Of a DNA stretch of 64,000 nt, positions 62,714 through 64,000 are shown piece after piece. Numbering within the stretch: position 1 is the first letter of the stretch; every line of letters starts with the position of its first letter. The translations under genes were made by a program, and so were the position numbers. Source of the stretch: Trueperaceae bacterium (lineage in GTDB: Bacteria; Deinococcota; Deinococci; Deinococcales; Trueperaceae); contig CBDCDZ010000004.1 of NCBI GenBank assembly GCA_965215565.1, forward strand, positions 2,816,001 through 2,880,000, read 5' to 3'. The notes below the pieces were generated by a model that saw only the letters and a list, made by a program, of their open reading frames with translations, did no database searches and was not told where the DNA came from.

Positions 62714-62867
62714 TAGCAGTTCCACGACACACTGAGACAGTTGAACGCAGGTGTCATCCCTTAAAGTGTGTGCTAATTACGAAGTTTTCCGCAGGAAACA
62801 GCGTTTCACAAAGTGAGAGTGTGCCTGACGGCGTACTTCGTGCACTCTGACCAGATGATACCTGCTA
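62714..62867 (+). mobile_element. MITE-like element, copy J (copy D plus 21- and 22-nt inserts)
   Basis: nearly identical to D apart from inserts at 62776-62796 and 62823-62844. Confidence 0.85.
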
Positions 62868-62962
62868 TAGGTTGTGACGCCTGCCAACACAACCCGCAAA
62901 AATCTGTTATGCTTGATAGCTGCTACGCCAAGTGGCAAATCTACGTAAGAGGAGGTGAAACC

Positions 62963-63310
62963 GTGCCAACCTACAAGCTCAACGTTATTTTGGACCCGAA
63001 CCTGAACGAGTCGCAGCTCCAGATTGAAAAGGACGCTGTCACCGCGCAGGTGGAGCGAGCCGAGGGCGAGATTACCGAAGTGGACGAGTGGGGCAACAAG
63101 CGCCTCGCCTATCCGATTCGCAAGCTGAATGAGGGATACTACCTCATCTACTCGCTGACCTTACCCGAAAGCGCACCCAAAACGGTCGAGGGGAACTTGA
63201 GACTGCGCGACAATGTCATGCGCGTCTTAGCAACTCGTGACCGCCCAGAGCAGCGCACCCGCAAGCCCCGCAAACCTAGAGAGCAAGCAGCCCCCCAGAG
63301 CACGAACTAG
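62963..63310 (+). CDS. rpsF: 30S ribosomal protein S6
   Basis: GGAGGTG RBS, WGNKRLAYPI, GYY. Confidence 0.96.
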   Translation: MPTYKLNVILDPNLNESQLQIEKDAVTAQVERAEGEITEVDEWGNKRLAYPIRKLNEGYYLIYSLTLPESAPKTVEGNLRLRDNVMRVLATRDRPEQRTRKPRKPREQAAPQSTN

Positions 63311-63359
63311 ACTCGAACGAAGACAATAACGCACATCGTGACTATAAAAGGAGAACATC

Positions 63360-64000
63360 ATGGCAAGAGGCTTAAATAGCGTCCACTTAGCAGGCACCCT
63401 GACCCAAGCGCCGGAGATGAAATATACCGCTGGCGGCTTAGCGATCCTCGAACTCAACTTAGGCGGCAACGATCACGTGGTTGGTAGTGATGGTCAAGCG
63501 CGCGACTTAGCGTGGTATCACCGCGTGACGGTCTTCGGCAAGCAAGCGGAGTATTTGGCGGACCAGCTAGACGCGGGCACACCCGTCTTTGTGGATGGAC
63601 GCCTGAACTACCGCACTTGGGAAGACCAGAACGGGCAGAAGCGGAGTGCGCTAGGCATCAACGCAATTCGCGTGGAAGCCTTGCAGTCGGGTCCGCGCAA
63701 AGAGGCGACGGTCTTAGACGCGAGAGGTCAGGAGCGGCTGACGAACGCCCTCAATCAAGTCACCATCATCGGCAACTTGATCAAGGACGCTGAGCTTCGC
63801 TATACCCCCTCGGGCGACGCGGTGACGCGCTTTGTCGTCGCAGTGAATGAGCAGTACCGCGACAGAAACAACCAGGATCAAGAGAGCGTTCACTTCGTCG
63901 AGGTAAACGTGTGGCGTGACCTCGCTGAGGGCTGCGCCGAACTCGGCAAAGGTGACCCTGTGATGGTCATGGGACGTTTGGTCACGGACAACTGGACCGA
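63360..64000 (+). CDS. ssb: single-stranded DNA-binding protein, Deinococcus-Thermus two-OB-fold type (runs off the window)
   Basis: MARGLNSVHLAG... first OB fold, then ALNQVTIIGNL..DAELRYTPSG second OB fold. Confidence 0.95.
   Translation, partial: MARGLNSVHLAGTLTQAPEMKYTAGGLAILELNLGGNDHVVGSDGQARDLAWYHRVTVFGKQAEYLADQLDAGTPVFVDGRLNYRTWEDQNGQKRSALGINAIRVEALQSGPRKEATVLDARGQERLTNALNQVTIIGNLIKDAELRYTPSGDAVTRFVVAVNEQYRDRNNQDQESVHFVEVNVWRDLAEGCAELGKGDPVMVMGRLVTDNWT

Overview
Chromosomal window from a high-GC Deinococcota bacterium, most likely Trueperales. The evidence is a two-OB-fold SSB, a DdrH-like gene, HAIR boxes at dnaK and many leaderless TAnnnT-N5-7-ATG starts. The core genes are uvrB, ppk1, mgsA, ribD, sdaAA/AB, hup, uvrA, dnaK-grpE-dnaJ, alaS-ruvX-mltG and rpsF-ssb. 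Four things stand out. (1) An unannotated dispersed non-coding element of fixed geometry: a 111-bp core, TA-bounded, with a covarying 12-bp stem, in 10 copies including two +/-/+ triplets. Tiny 21-24-nt hairpin modules are inserted into it at defined sites. (2) A ~10-kb accessory island (about 7.9-18.1 kb) with five or six toxin-antitoxin modules, a RES-toxin remnant and a NUDIX + large CCQ/GNAT gene pair; each gene of the pair is followed by a run of stem-loops. (3) Secreted proteins tagged at both ends with Thr-Gly-Gly(-x-Met) repeats, next to an O-antigen-ligase/O-OTase-like gene. (4) Strong enrichment of the palindrome CTCGAG. No rRNA, complete tRNA, CRISPR array, transposase or integrase was seen. 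Product calls come from motif recognition by eye, not database searches.
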